A stretch of 64,000 nucleotides of DNA from contig NIVC01000617.1 of the NCBI GenBank assembly GCA_002269645.1, forward strand, positions 62,001-126,000, given 5' to 3'. Shown piece by piece: positions 48,961-62,700 of the stretch (its first letter is position 1; each line of letters opens with the position of its first letter). The notes below the pieces were generated by a model. That model saw only the letters and a list, made by a program, of their open reading frames with translations, was not told the origin of the DNA and ran no database searches. Position numbers and translations under genes: made by a program. Origin of the DNA: Macrostomum lignano. Lineage: Eukaryota.

Positions 48961-49453
48961 TAAAATGATCCGCTGTCATTTGCTAAATTTTTCATCTGGT
49001 CCGTGAGATAAAAAAGTTTGCCGACCTCTCTGGTTTAAACTTTAAAGACTGGGGCAAGAATTAGGGGGAGCTGTACACTAAAATTGGCTAAGTAACCCCC
49101 ACCCACCCCAACTGCGCGTACATTTGGGGGGGGGGGTCGGGTGGGGTAGGGTTTCGAGAACGCCCCAACACACAGATAAGAATTGGGGCTATTGCCAATC
49201 GGGGGTTGACCGATGATTCATTCATAACAGAGAGAGAGAGGGAGGGGAATGAGAGAGAAAGAGAGAACCGAATGGCCTGTGCGGAACACTTGGTAAATTA
49301 GAAAAGGTAAATATAGACTTAGAGCTTTATAAAACAGGCGGCAGGGCCACGACCCACGAGACGAAACTCGTCACTCTTGCTAACTAATAGCGGAGAAGTT
49401 TAAAAGCGAGATTTTTTGTTCATATATTTGAACTCGCCATCGGCCGATCCAAA

Positions 49454-52400
49454 ATGGCAAACTCTTGCACCGGACTGCTTTCGTGAGTTTAAAAATCGAA
49501 TTAATATCCAAATAATATTTTTGGTGCTATACGTGTGCAAAACTAAAGTTATTAATTAAAGTAAATATTAAATAATCTCACTCAATATTGTCTAGCTTAA
49601 GTGCATCTGCACTGATCGTACTCCTAATAGTCATGGAACACTTGACTAGGGATTCAATGGCCAGCGCTATGGCGGTAACTAAGGGCAACGAGGAGACGTT
49701 CGAATATTTTATGTTTAGCCAAGAGTGGCCGTACACTTTCTGCACTGAGAATGAACCGAGTGTAAGTCATGGGCTCTGATAGTTTGTCCTCTGCCTCTTG
49801 TCATTTGTCCTCTGCCTCTTTTCATTTGTCCTCTGCCTCTGTCATTTATCCTCTGCCTCTTTTCATTTGTCCTCTGCCTCTGTCATTTATCCTCTGCCTC
49901 TTCTCATTTGTCCTCTGCCTCTGTCATTTATCCTCTACCTCTTTTCATTTGTCCTCTGCCTCTGTCATTTATCCTCTGCCTCTTCTCATTTGTCCTCTGC
50001 CTCTGTCATTTATCCTCTACCTCTTTTCATTTGTCCTCTGCCTCTGTCATTTATCCTCTGCCTCTTCTCATTTGTCAATTGTCCTCTGCCTCTGTCATTT
50101 ATCCTCTACCTCTTTTCATTTGTCAATTGTCCTCTGCCTCTGTCATTTATCCTCTACCTCTTTTCATTTGTCAATTGTCCTCTGCCTCTGTCATTTATCC
50201 TCTACCTCTTTTCATTTGTCCTCTGCCTCTGTCATTTATCCTCTACCTCTTTTCATTTGTCAATTGTCCTCTGCCTCTGTCATTTATCCTCTACCTCTTT
50301 TCATTTGTCCTCTGCCTCTGTCATTTATCCTCTGCCTCTGTCATTTATCCTCTGCCTCTTCTCATTTGTCAATTGTCCTCTGCCTCTGTCATTTATCCTC
50401 TGCCTCTTTTCATTTGTCAATTGTCCTCTGCCTCTGTCATTTATCCTCTGCCTCTTCTCATTTGTCAATTGTCCTCTGCCTCTGTCATTTATCCTCTACC
50501 TCTTTTCATTTGTCAATTGTCCTCTGCCTCTGTCATTTATCCTCTACCTCTTTTCATTTGTCCTCTGCCTCTGTCATTTATCCTCTGCCTCTGTCATTTA
50601 TCCTCTGCCTCTTCTCATTTGTCAATTGTCCTCTGCCTCTGTCATTTATCCTCTGCCTCTTTTCATTTGTCAATTGTCCTCTGCCTCTGTCATTTATCCT
50701 CTGCCTCTTTTCATTTGTCAATTGTCCTCTGCCTCTGTCATTTATCCTCTGCCTCTTCTCATTTGTCAATTGTCCTCTGCCTCTGTCATTTATCCTCTAC
50801 CTCTTTTCATTTGTCAATTGTCCTCTGCCTCTGTCATTTATCCTCTGCCTCTTCTCATTTGTCAATTGTCCTCTGCCTCTGTCATTATCCTCTGCCTCTT
50901 CTCATTTGTCAATTGTCCTCTGCCTCTGTCATTTATCCTCTACCTCTTTTCATTTGTCAATTGTCCTCTGCCTCTGTCATTTATCCTCTACCTCTTTTCA
51001 TTTGTCTTCTGCCTCTTGTCATTTATCCTCTACCTCTTTTCATTTGTCTTCTACCTGGGTGACAGCCCAGGTTCGTACAGAAAGAAATGTTCGGACAATA
51101 CTACAATATTAAACAATATTCTCTGCTTACATTTTAGTGCAACAACACAGATAAACTTGTGCCAATTTTTAACATTCACGGACTTTGGTATGTTTATAAA
51201 ATAATCCTAACAATTACCAATTGGACTAGCCTAATACTTACAAAACTGATTGGATTAAATGGTGATTAATATTAACTTTTAGGCCTGAGAAGGTCAAAGG
51301 AGATTGTCAGGGAGAATTCAACTATTCCCAACTGAAGGTACACTTAGCAAGACTTAGTTAGATTTAAACAAAAAATCAAACCATTAATTAATATTCATTC
51401 GATCTATGCATGCTTTGATTTTGCAGCCAGTGGAATCCCAACTCAGAAAGTATTGGATGGATCTATTAAATCCACGAGGAAATCCTAAGGATTTCTGGTA
51501 AGTTACACCGGATTCTGGAATTGCAATTAGTTTGATGTGGGTGTTGATTAGAGGGTGATTGGAGACAATGGGGTTAAGAGAGTGAATGTGGTTGAGAGTG
51601 AATGTGGTTAAGAGTGAATGTGGTCGGGAGGGTGAATGAGGTTGAGAGGGTGAATGTGATTGAGAGGGTGAATGTGATTGAGAGGGTGAATGTGATTGAG
51701 AGGGTGAATGTGATTGAGAAGATGAATGTGATTGAGAAGGTGAATGTGGTTGAGAGTGAATGTGGTTGCAAGGGTGAATGTGGTTGAGAGTGAATGTGGT
51801 TGAGAGGGTGAATGTGGGTGAATAGCTTAACTGTGAAACAGGCGCTTGACCCAGTTAGTGCAATGCAAGTTGCCTGCATAAAATTAGGGGGGGGGTGTCT
51901 GAGAATCTCCCAAATATTCAAGCCGAAATTTTGCAAGCACAAATTGTGCCTCCACATTTGCAGGAACCATGAGTACACTAAGCACGGCAGGTGCGCCAGC
52001 GTTGACTCCAGATTTAATAGCACACTGAAGTACTTCCAGTCTGCCCTCTCCATCTATCTGAAGTACAATGTGACTCAGTGAGTGTGGAGATGGGCTGAGA
52101 CTTTACAGTTGATAAAACTAATGAGGCTGGCATGTAAGGTTAGATATTGAAAAGACGGCATTTAGAGTGACGGACATTACAAGAGATTGGTATTTGGAGA
52201 GATGGATGGACATTACAGAGGACTGGCATTTAGAGAGATGGACATTACAAGAGATTGGCATTTAGAGAGATGGACATTACAGGGGACTGGTATTTAGAGA
52301 GATGGACATTACAGGGGACTGGCATTTAGAGGATGGACATTACAAGACTGGCATTTAGAGAGATGGACATTACAGGGGACTGGTATTTAGAGAGATGGAC

Positions 52401-53690
52401 ATTACAGGGGACTGGCATTTAGAGGATGGACATTACAAGACTGGAATTTAGATAGCTACTGATAATAAAATGAGAATTACAAATTTGCATTCATTTACAA
52501 ATTTTCGTTAACAATTACATGTAGTTACTCAATATTATTTAACATCAATTTTAGATTTCTAAAGAGTGCCGGCATAGTCCCTGGATCGACATCTTATAAG
52601 GTACGAAAAATGCCATTTATGTTGAATTATTTGTTGCGCTATTTGTTGCGCAGGGCACGGTGTAAAAATTTTTTAATATAATCCCCAATAAAAATTTCAG
52701 GCCTCAAAAATAATTGAAGCCGTCAATAGCGCCTTTGGTTACAAGCCAGAAATTGATTGCTTTGCACCTGGAAAAAAGCACGTGAGTAAGAAGCACGTGA
52801 GCAGAACACATGCCGAGATGAACTGTCATGACTCAGGAATAAATCATTTACAGTTGACAGTTTTCAAATTTCGATTTTCGATTTAGCCGATGCAAATCTT
52901 TAGGCGCTTTTAGGCGCTATACTATACACGAGACTACGAGAGAGGCGCCATACTGAGCAAACTGAGGGCGGTGAGGACCTTTTAAGTCCAATTAATCAAC
53001 CCAGTCATACATGCTCAACTTTGAAATTTCACCCGGCCGTGCGACGTACTCGTACCTATGAAAGAAACCCTAGAGCAAAAAATTACGTATTTTTGGGTAG
53101 ACGGCAGGAGTAACGGTAACTGTACTATTACGGTAACATGCCTCGTCATCTAATTAGTAATACGTCTATTTTTCGGTTGTGCGTTTTTTCGACTTACCTT
53201 GGCCAGACCTCCGAGAAAAGATGTATGAACCGATTGCAGAGAAAACTCGGTTTGTTATCCAGGAGACCTTTCTGGACCAGCCTCTACATGTACGAGTAGT
53301 CTCCTGGACAGCTGTACTCGTAATTCGACCTTGAACTGTTATGTTATTTTTCAGGGCGAGAAATCGAAACCAGCCTACTTGGCAGAGCTCCGCATCTGCT
53401 TTTCAAAGGACCTCACACCCAGAGAATGCGAATCGTCCGGCAGAGAGGTGCCGCAGCCTCGGCACAGTGCTCACACCCTCTACTACGATCCCGAACTTCC
53501 CCGATCCTTCCACCGTGAAGCTGAAGCGAACGTTTACAGTCCGATAAAAATGTCCAGAAGTGTGAAAAATCTGATCGCGTCCTGGATTGAGACTGAGAGA
53601 CCAACTGCAGTTAGCGAGAGAAAGCGTATTTGGACTTCTCCGTGCAAAGATGATGAAGACGTCCAGCTGCCGGAAAAGCTCAATTACTGA
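49454..53690 (+). CDS. RNASET2: Ribonuclease T2, 9 exons
   Basis: Exons 49454-49482, 49596-49761, 51138-51187, 51283-51337, 51427-51497, 51964-52077, 52555-52600, 52701-52781, 53355-53690; all GT-AG and phase-consistent. Hydrophobic leader, FSQEWPYTFC, CAS I FNIHGLWP, CAS II FWNHEYTKHGRC, ELRICF. Confidence 0.95.
49780..51055. repeat. Composite minisatellite filling RNase T2 intron 2
   Basis: Modules TCCTCTGCCTCTGTCATTTA, TCCTCT(A/G)CCTCTT(T/C)TCATT and TGTCAATTG are shuffled into ~40-50-bp units. Confidence 0.95.
51580..51815. repeat. ~18-bp minisatellite in RNase T2 intron 5
   Basis: Unit GAGGGTGAATGTG(A/G)TTGA. Confidence 0.9.
52160..52450. repeat. ~30-bp minisatellite in RNase T2 intron 6
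   Basis: Unit AGAGATGGACATTACAGGGGACTGG(C/T)ATTT. Confidence 0.9.
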
Positions 53691-54677
53691 GTTGAAATCG
53701 TCTTAGTTACGTGTCATTTATAATAATTTTATATTTCTAGGAAATTGACCTAAAGATTACACGATCTTTGAGTTTTACGTACTGTTATACTACAGTGGTC
53801 CTTGGTCGCTCACTTAGTTTGGAGTGAAAGCCACAATGATGGCAAGGGGTCAAGCCCCCAATAGACTGTTACCAATTTTAGCAGTTTCCCAACAACTGGA
53901 GGAGAATTACAACTGTGCTACTTCTAACTTAACATCGGAAGTAAAAGAAGAATTTTTTTCCTCAATATTAATTAACCTCAATAAAATACATTACCATAAG
54001 ACACGACCGAGTTATTTTTCCCAAGAACAGCTCCTAAGATCATGATTTGTTTTTTCTTACTTTCTGGTTTCGGTGAAAAATTATCATAGTGGTGTTTTCA
54101 AATGCGTTTTGCGTGATTGTACAATAATTAATTCAAACAACTGATTTGTAATTTATTGCGGTTTTTTAATAATAAAAAATATCCACTTTCCTATGGACAT
54201 ACATTATTATTATTACTAAGTGATTAACATTAAAAAACAGATAATAAACATATGAATATGAAATTCCTTATATTTATTATCATTATAATCAAATATTTAA
54301 ACTCGTGAAATCTAAAGTTCGTTTATTTTAATTTTGTTTTAACGATACAACTCTTAAAATAATTAACAGATTTACAATTTAACAACGTTAACAGCAAGTC
54401 AATGCAACAACTTATGTTATGCTAGCTGTAGCTAAAAATATAGCTAGGTCTAATATTACAAAACTGCGAATTAGTCACGTGACGCACTGGATCATGTGAC
54501 AGAATTCATTTTTACACGCGGAAACACTATAATTTATTTAGTCACGTGAAAAAAAATTATCAACAGTCGCAAATCACGTGACTAGGCACTTGCACCACAC
54601 GTACTCAAGATGAGAAAATTTAAACAAAATTGTTATATAATTAAGCCTGGTGCCTGAGGTCACGTGATGCTGCTCAA

Positions 54678-56712
54678 CTAAGTAGCCAGTTTCGCCTCTA
54701 GTTCAGCGTACTCGGCTTCTAAACGAGCCACCTCTTTGGAGAAATCTTCGTCCACCCTGGCGGCTTTATTGCGCACCTCTTCCATGTACTCGCGCCAGAC
54801 AGCCTCGCGCTGGGCGCGCCCTTCTCGTAAAACGGCTGGAATTGGCGCCGTCGTGGATGGCGTCGGCGCTTCGGTTGGTAGCGCGGCCAGGAATCGGCGC
54901 TCGCGGTCGCTGATCTCGGCGCATCTGCGGGTTGGTATAACGAGTGGATTTAAAACTGAATTCGATGGCTTGTTAGAGAGCCTGGATACGAGCCTCAGTA
55001 AACATCTCGAAACTGTCAGTAAGCATGTCAAAAACCTGTCAGTAAACATCTCAAAAACTGTCAGTAAATATCTCAAAAACTGTCAGTAAATATCCCAAAA
55101 ACTGTCAGTAAACATCTCAAAAAACGGTCAGTAAACATCTCAAAAACTGTCAGTAAACATCTCGAAACTGTCAGTAAGCATGTCAAAAACCTGTCAGTAA
55201 ACATCTAAATAACTCCCAGTAAACATCTCAAAACTCTCAGTAAACATCTCAAGACTGTCAGCAAACATCTTAAAAACTGTCAGTAAACATCTCGAAACTG
55301 TCAGTAAGCATGTCAAAAACCTGTCAGTAAACATCTAAATAACTCTCAGTAAACATCTCAAAAAACTGTCAGCAAACATCTCAAAAACCTGTCAGCAAAC
55401 ATCTCAAAAAACTGTCAGTAAACATCTCAAGACTGTCAGCAAACATCTCAAAAACTGTCAGTAAACATCTCGAAACTGTCAGTAAGCATGTCAAAAACCT
55501 GTCAGTAAACATCTAAATAACTCTCAGTAAACATCTCAAAACTGTCAGTAAACATCTTAAAACTGTCAGTAAACATCTCAAAAACCTGTCAGCAAACATC
55601 TCAAAAACCTGTCAGCAAACATCTCAAAAACTGTCAGCAAACAGCTAAATGTAAAAAAACTGTCAGCAAACATCTCAAAAACCTGTCAGTAAACATCTCA
55701 AAAACCTGTCAGCAAACATCTCAAAAACTGTCAGCAAACAGCTAAATGTAAAAAAACTGTCAGCAAACATCTCAAAAACCTGTCAGCAAACAGCTAAATG
55801 TAAAAAACCTGTCAGCAAACAGCTCAAAAACCTGTCAGCAAACATCTCAAAAACTGTCAGCAAACAGCTAAATGTAAAAAAACTGTCAGCAAACATCTCA
55901 AAAACCTGTCAGTAAACATCTCAAAAACCTGTCAGCAAACATCTCAAAAACTGTCAGCAAACAGCTAAATGTAAAAAAACTGTCAGCAAACATCTCAAAA
56001 ACCTGTCAGTAAACATCTCAAAAACCTGTCAGCAAACATCTCAAAAGCCTGTCAGCAAACATCTCAAAAACTGTCAGCAAACATCTCAAAAACTGTCAGC
56101 AAACATCTCAAAAACCTGTCAGCAAACATCTCAAAAACTGTCAGCAAACAGCTAAATGTAAAAAACTGTCAGCAAACATCTCAAAAACCTGTCAGCAAAC
56201 ATCTCAAAAACCTGTCAGCAAACATCTCAAAAACCTGTCAGCAAACATCTTAATGTAAAAAACCTGTCAGTAAACATCTCAAAATCCTGTCAGCAAACAT
56301 CTCAAAAACTGTCAGCAAACATCTCAAAAACCTGTCAGCAAACATCTCAAAAACTAAACAACCTACTAAGCACCACCACTGTTAATCGCATGCTAATAGC
56401 TACTAACTTATTCAGCGCAGCGCCGCAAGCCTCTTTACAAGCGGCAAGATTAGCTGACAACAAATCGCAGGTGGCAGGCGCAGTGCTGTCAGTCAAGGTA
56501 GTCAGGTCAGCGGCAGATTTATTCAACAGATTAGCGGACTCTTCCATGCCGCCACGACGACCTTCCAGACTCTGTTGCAGATGCACCAGCTCCCCAGACA
56601 GGACACTGTGGTGGGCGAACAGCCGGTCAAAAAGGCGACCAGCGCTGGCCAGTGACTGCTGCTGATGCTGCTGCTGCAGCTGCTGCTGAATGAGCTGCTG
56701 GTGAGACTCCAT
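54678..56712 (-). CDS. BLOC1S5: BLOC-1 subunit 5 (Muted), 183 aa
   Basis: Exons 56712-56408 and 54924-54678, phase 2, frame intact. RLFAHHSVLSGE...LEGRRG and WREYMEEVRNKAARVDEDF...RLEAEYAELEAKL match the Muted pattern as recalled (RLLDH.PV.QGE..EEKRG; W..FM....K...VDEE...L..QY..ME..L). Confidence 0.85.
54995..56352. repeat. 22-24-bp minisatellite filling the BLOC1S5 intron
   Basis: Unit CTGTCAG(C/T)AAACATCTCAAAAA(C), about 55-60 copies, with sub-variants. Confidence 0.97.
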
Positions 56713-56806
56713 GAAGTTAGTTTGGTTTATGAAAGTTGAGGCAAAAGTCTCTGACACTATATTTTATTAGGAATAGACTTTAAGCATTAACTTATTATAA
56801 CAACAA

Positions 56807-57128
56807 GGGGGCCGTAGCCCAGCGGTCTAGCGCAGGCTCTGGTGTGCCAGCGGCCCAGGCTCGATTCCAAGTGCAGCCACATTAATTTGGGGCTGAATTG
56901 GAATCTCGGCTTGGCTCTGCTCGTGCAATTAACGGCCTTGAGAGCCAACCCCCCAAGGCGCAGTGAAGTGTACATGCCTAACGATAAAATAAAGTTAGGG
57001 CCGCTGTACACTCCTGTGTGAGTGTGTGCCTGCGTAAGTATCCGCGCGCTTGTATGCCTGCTCAGGGGAGTCGGCAGAATGGGCAGTAATACCTCTCGCC
57101 AGTTGTGAGCCTATGTCGCTTAAAGTGC
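56807..57128 (+). mobile_element. tRNA-derived SINE family A, copy 2
   Basis: Head GGCCGTAGCCCAGCGGTCTAGCG...GGCTCGATTCC (A and B boxes) followed by a body shared with 25797-26078. Confidence 0.82.
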
Positions 57129-60100
57129 CCCAGGGTGCACACAACCCCCTGCCTCTAATAAAAAAATGTTGATATCTAGATAACCAGGTAGCTTTTAGAT
57201 TTGCAAAAATTATTTTTTCAAAAATGCCACCAACTATTTGCCAAAAAAATTATATAATAAACAGCATAACAGCATACTTATTTTGCTAAACACCTATCTA
57301 TAGAAATAGCTAGGCCCTACTACTCATTAAAAAATATAAAATACAATGTATTATGCATTTTTGTTTGAAAAAGCAATATGATATTATTTTAGACTTACAA
57401 TATATCATTGAGATATTGCTTTAAATTTAGAAATCAATTAGGAAATAATTGTCCCTCAACTATATTAAATGGAATATGAAAAACAGTTATAAAGAAATGA
57501 AAAAAATGCTAATCAATAACAGAAAATGGCTCAATCAATAGTATCAGCTATCACACAACTGGGCACAGTCATAACTGTTTCACAATTGTCATTTGTTTTG
57601 CAACATTCTGCTTAGCACAGTAATATATACATGTATTGATTTGATTAGTATGATTATGTCATAAATCTGACAACTGTGCTAAAAACAGTTGAAGAAAATT
57701 ATAAATGTGCCAATAAGCATAGTTTTGGCAAAGTTGGCATAATTGCAGATCTTGTTAGGACAATTATTTTTCTGCTGGGAAATTATTTCATTTCATTTAA
57801 GTCCTAAAATGATATTTTAGGCATACTGTATACCTTGCCTTTTAGGGCATACTCTATAGCAACTAAAATTAATACAAGGAATCCCTGAGATTGATAATGA
57901 TTTACTAATTTTTTTATTTAAAGCTAGAATTTTTTCAAATAACTTTGCATTAAACGGACATAACTGTCATAGTGTCATAACGATAGTTTGAGTATAAGCA
58001 TAAGCCACAAGCTACAAGTATAGCATAAATTATTAAAGCTAATAATAATTTATTGACGTTAATATAGTCTGGGAAAATTTTCTTTTTTGGTAACTTTCTT
58101 CGTATTTATTGGGAAAGGTTCGCTAGGTTCAGTCAGGACATTAATTTACCGTTTTTAGCTCTACCGTTTCATTTAATGAAACATCCATATTCTAATAAAA
58201 AGTTTAATTTGAAATAGTACGCATTATATGACTTTAACAAACCATGGAATGCATTCGGTTTTAGATTGATAAAAACGTCGTAATAATCACACTGGTGTGA
58301 AAATTCTGACTCCACCAGCACTGCCCCTTCTTTTTGAGTACTGCAGTGTATCGCCAGCAATCCATTTTTGTAGCCGTGTGCGACAATTCTCCGATCCATA
58401 TAGCTTGCTATTGGTAACACTTGGGAGCCTGTTGAGCGTGCGTGTGTGCGCGCCTATGATTAATGGCTTAATTTCGAGCTGTCTGGTTGGTTGCTTGAAG
58501 CAAAGCTTGGCAGTCTGCTTCCCACCTGCAACCACGTTTCCGGTTCTCCCATAATTCCCTTCCAAATTTTGTTTTCTCTTCCGGTCTACTCATGTACATG
58601 TATATTACACACCCATCTGCATGGCGTGCATACGTATTTGCAAATGCATGAGGTCCTGGGGTGAGCATGGAGCTTTTGGGCCCCAGCAGCTCGAGGACCC
58701 TATCAGACTTTTTTATATTGTTTGAGTAGAGGGCAAGACATTTTTAATTGGGGTTGTTTTGCAAGCGGGAATTTTGTTGCTTGATTTTGGGCCATATATA
58801 TGGCACATGTACGCAGTGTATGTGTAAAATCACGCTAAAATTACATGACATGAAATTGAATATCATAATATAATAGAGGGATAGCTGGTCTAATAAAGCT
58901 AAAACTCTGATCTACTCGGTGGTGATAATATAATTGAGATAATCTCTGGCTTTATGAGTTCAACTAGTATGAGGTGAGACAACTAAATTTACGTTGGTTC
59001 GAAGAGACATATATGGGCTCCTGTGGCCGTGGGCCCCTGGGTCGAAGATACAGGTTTTTCTGATAAATAATTTAAGCTATACAGACCGTTAAGGAAATGC
59101 ATTTTTCATAGTACCGCTAGTAGTACATTTTTGTAATTTGGTACATACTGTACATGTAATCGGATGTATGCCATCCAGAGCGCATGTACACTGTAATTGA
59201 ACCGACAAATAATTCGGATCGGCTGAGAAATGTTTTTCAAGGCCGATTCACTACACATGTGAACTTATTGCCAAACTGGAGTTTATATGTATAAATACAT
59301 GTACATCCTGAGCCATTCTAATAGGCCAAAGAAATCCAAATATTCTAGGGGGGTAATACGTATTAATTCGAAGAAAATCGAGTGTAAGCGCACGCGTTCG
59401 ACTTTCCGTCCTTTTCTACGTTCTCAAACGGTTCTGTCGTTCACGCGGTTATTGTTGTCCTTCGTATGAGTTGTTAGCTCTGATCTATCCTTGCTAGATA
59501 TAGATAGATTAGATCACATCTCAATAGATCACAATTCTAACTCTTCTTCTATTTCCTACACTATGCTTATTAATATATAATCACAGCTTCCATTCTCGTT
59601 CTACATCATTTAAACAGCATGCATGAATTAAGCATACGAGCTATTGCACATGTATCAATCAGCCTTCCTTCTAGAAATGTTTACGAACTTCATCTGCCTG
59701 TCAGTAGTGACATGTACAGCGGAGCTAGCTAGCTACTAAACATGAAGCAGTGACGGGGTTAAAAGTAAACAACTTTTCTATCCACTAAATGCCTTATATT
59801 ATTCGAATAAGATTGATGCATACAGAGAGCATCAACTTATTAAGGTGCTTAGAACTCGAGCCTACTATACGGCAACACGTCTTGCCGCGCCACTATGCAA
59901 AATATGTCGACTTCATCGTTTTTCTATTTGCTACTTTTTGTTGCAGGGACGGTACAAGTGTGTGCCATTGAGTTGCGATTCACTGAGCGAACAAATGAAA
60001 GCGAATGTACTTGCAGCTGGACTGCTTTGGGTGCTGCAATGTACAACTTCCGTAAGTATTAATGCATCTTTAATGCTGGTAGTCCGAAAAGGCCGACTGC

Positions 60101-60399
60101 CCCATCGTCATCGCTGATTGACTGCCTTTGCCAGGTTGAGTCCAACTGCAACAGAGCGATTGGCTGTCGGTGGGACCGAGGCAGCGACTCCTGCGGCCCC
60201 TTCCAGATTAAACTGGCCTACTGGCAGGACGCCTGCGAATATGCCGGCCGAAAGCTGGGCGGCGGTGAGTGCGCGGTAGCCAATTTGGCAGCCCATGACT
60301 AGCAAAATTGTAGATGACCAACAGGCAACCCACCGAAAACCCTGAGGCAACCCGCAGACAACCTGCTGGCAATCCTTAGACAATCCTCCGATAAAGCTT

Positions 60400-61095
60400 A
60401 GAAAACCCACAGACAACCCACAAGAACCCTACGGACAACCAACAAAAACCTTACAGAAGACCTACAGACAATCTACAGACAACACACAGACAACCCACAG
60501 ATAACCTACAGACAACCCACAGAAAACCCACAGAAAACCCACAGACAACCCACAGACAACCCACAGACAACCCACAGACAACCCACAGACAACCCACAGA
60601 CAACCCACAGACAACCTACAGAAAACCCACAGAAAACCTACAGACAACCCACAGACAACCCACAGACAACCCACAGACAACCCACAGACAACCCACAGAA
60701 AACTCACAGACAACCACAGAAAACCCACAGAAAACTCACAGACAACCATAGAAAACCTACAGAAAACCCACAGACAACCTACAGACAACCCACAGACAAC
60801 CTACAGAAAACCCACAGACAACCCACAGACAACCCACAGACAACCCACAGACAACCCACAGACAACCTACAGACAATCCACAGACAACCCACAGACAACC
60901 CACAGAAAACTCACAGACAACCATAGAAAACCTACAGAAAACCCACAGACAACCTACAGACAACCCACAGACAACCCACAGAAAACCCACAGACAACCCA
61001 CAGACAACCCACAGACAACCCACAGACAACCCACAGACAACCCACAGAAAACTCACAGACAACCACAGAAAACCTATGGACAACCCACAGACAAC
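60400..61095. repeat. 11-bp minisatellite in lysozyme intron 2
   Basis: Unit ACAACCCACAG, with AAAAC variants. Confidence 0.95.
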
Positions 61096-61364
61096 GCACA
61101 AGTATGCAAATGATTTCCCCTATAAAAAGCCTAAAATAAAAATTGTAAACGTCATATTTTACGTACATGCCGTTTAACTCTCCAGATTGGAAGAACTGCA
61201 CAACAGGACCAAACAACATGGCCTGCTCTGTGGAAGCAGTTAAAAACTATCTGGCCAGATACGGTCAGTACTGTGTGGGCAAAGGCAAAGTGCCAACCGA
61301 CGAGGTAAGAGGGAAACAGTGGCGGTTGCATGCACGAGCTACGGTATTTCGTTTTTGTCTTGAC

Positions 61365-61985
61365 CCCACTGACTCCCGTTTTGGGACTTTCCTGACTCCT
61401 GTTTTGGGAACTTCTTGACTCCCGTTTTTGGGACCTTCCTGACTCCTGTTTTGGGACCTTCCTGACTCCCGTTATTGGGACTTTCCTGACTCCTGTTTTG
61501 GGAGCTTCTTGACTCCCGTTTTTGGGACTTTCCTGACTCCTGTTTTGGGAGCTTCCTGACTCCCGTTTTTGGGACCTTCCTGACTCCCGTTTTGGGACCT
61601 TCCTGACTCCCGTTTTGGGACCTTCCTGACTCCCGTTTTGGGACCTTCCTGACTCCCGTTTTGGGACCTTCCTGACTCCCGTTTTGGGAACTTCTTGACT
61701 CCCGTTTTTGGGACTTTCCTGACTCCCGTTTTTGGGACATTCCTGACTCCCGTTTTGGGACTTTCCTGACTCCCGTTTTTGGGACCTTCCTGACTCCCGT
61801 TTTGGGACCTTCCTGACTCCCGTTTGAGACCTTCCTGACTCCCGTTTTAGGACCTTCCTGACTCCCATTTTAGGACCTTTCTGACTCTTGTTTTGGGACC
61901 TTCGTAACTACCGTTTGGGACCTTCCTGACTCCCGTTTTAGGACCTTTCTGACTCCCATTTCGGGACCTTCCTGACTCCCATTTT
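61365..61985. repeat. 23-24-bp minisatellite in lysozyme intron 3
   Basis: Unit TGACTCCCGTTTTGGGACCTTCC. Confidence 0.95.
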
Positions 61986-62364
61986 ACCAGCTACTCCAAT
62001 TTTGACTGCCTTAAGCCGCACTATTAACCTTAATCTCGTTCTACATATAACATATCGACTGTCACTCTTCTCTCCGAAGGACTACGCCAGAATTCACAAC
62101 GGAGGACCGAACGGCTGCAAGAAGGCGTCGACTTTGGCTTACTGAAAACGGGTGCAGGCCTGCATGCCGCGCTCTATCCAGTGGTACCTCTGAATATACT
62201 TTTGTTATAACATGCATGGCTAAATTGACAGAGAATGCTCCTACTGAGAGAAACACTAAAAATGGGACAATTAAAGTTTAAATTCTAACAATAACTTGAG
62301 ATAACGTGAAATTTCAGATTGCTCAAGTTTTTTAAATTTACATAAGAGTCAACTCTTAGCCTAC

Positions 62365-62700
62365 CAAGAGACAGGGGCACCCACCGAGAGACAGGGGCAC
62401 CCACCGAGAGACTGGGGCACTCACCAAGAGACAGGGGCACCCACCGAGAGACAGGGGCACTCACCGAGAGACAGGGGCACTCACCGAGAGACAGGGGCAC
62501 CCACCGAGAGACAGGGGCACTCACCGAGAGACTGGGGCACTCACCGAGAGACAGGGGCACCCACCGAGAGACAGGGGCACCCACCGAGAGACAGGGGCAC
62601 CCACCGAGAGACAGGGGCACTCACCGAGAGACAGGGGCACACATCAAGAGACCGGGGGCGCTCACAAAGAGACAGGAGGCACCCACCGAGACAGCAAGAC
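62365..62700. repeat. 21-bp minisatellite
   Basis: Unit ACCGAGAGACAGGGGCAC(C/T)C plus one variable base, about 15 copies. Confidence 0.93.

Larger units (their letters stand above)
59995..62193 (+). pseudogene. ilys: Invertebrate-type (i-type/destabilase) lysozyme, probably disabled
   Basis: Leader exon 59995-60051; catalytic exon ~60083-60264 (DCLCQVESNC...WDRGSDSCGPFQIKLAYWQD); 61186-61304 (DWKNC...CSVEAVKNYLARYGQYC); 62080-62193 (DYARIHNGGPNGC...TLAY*KRVQAC). TGA at 62143-62145 replaces the conserved Trp. The leader exon is out of phase with the nearby acceptors. Confidence 0.85.

Noticed and set aside
49769-51204. 384-468-aa Cys/Leu-rich ORFs
   Set aside because: Minisatellite inside RNase T2 intron 2.
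54995-56352. Array as a possible CRISPR or telomeric repeat
   Set aside because: No spacers and not a telomere motif; it lies inside the BLOC1S5 intron.
56807-56880. tRNA gene (also 28790-28860)
   Set aside because: A and B boxes are present but the cloverleaf is imperfect, and each continues into a body repeated elsewhere in the window, so these are SINE heads.
58169-58668. Overlapping short minus-strand ORFs
   Set aside because: No motif, splice support or start context; possibly a decayed element.
62143-62145. Selenocysteine recoding of the lysozyme TGA
   Set aside because: The aligned residue is a structural Trp, not Cys, and no SECIS-like hairpin was evident downstream. TGG-to-TGA nonsense is simpler.
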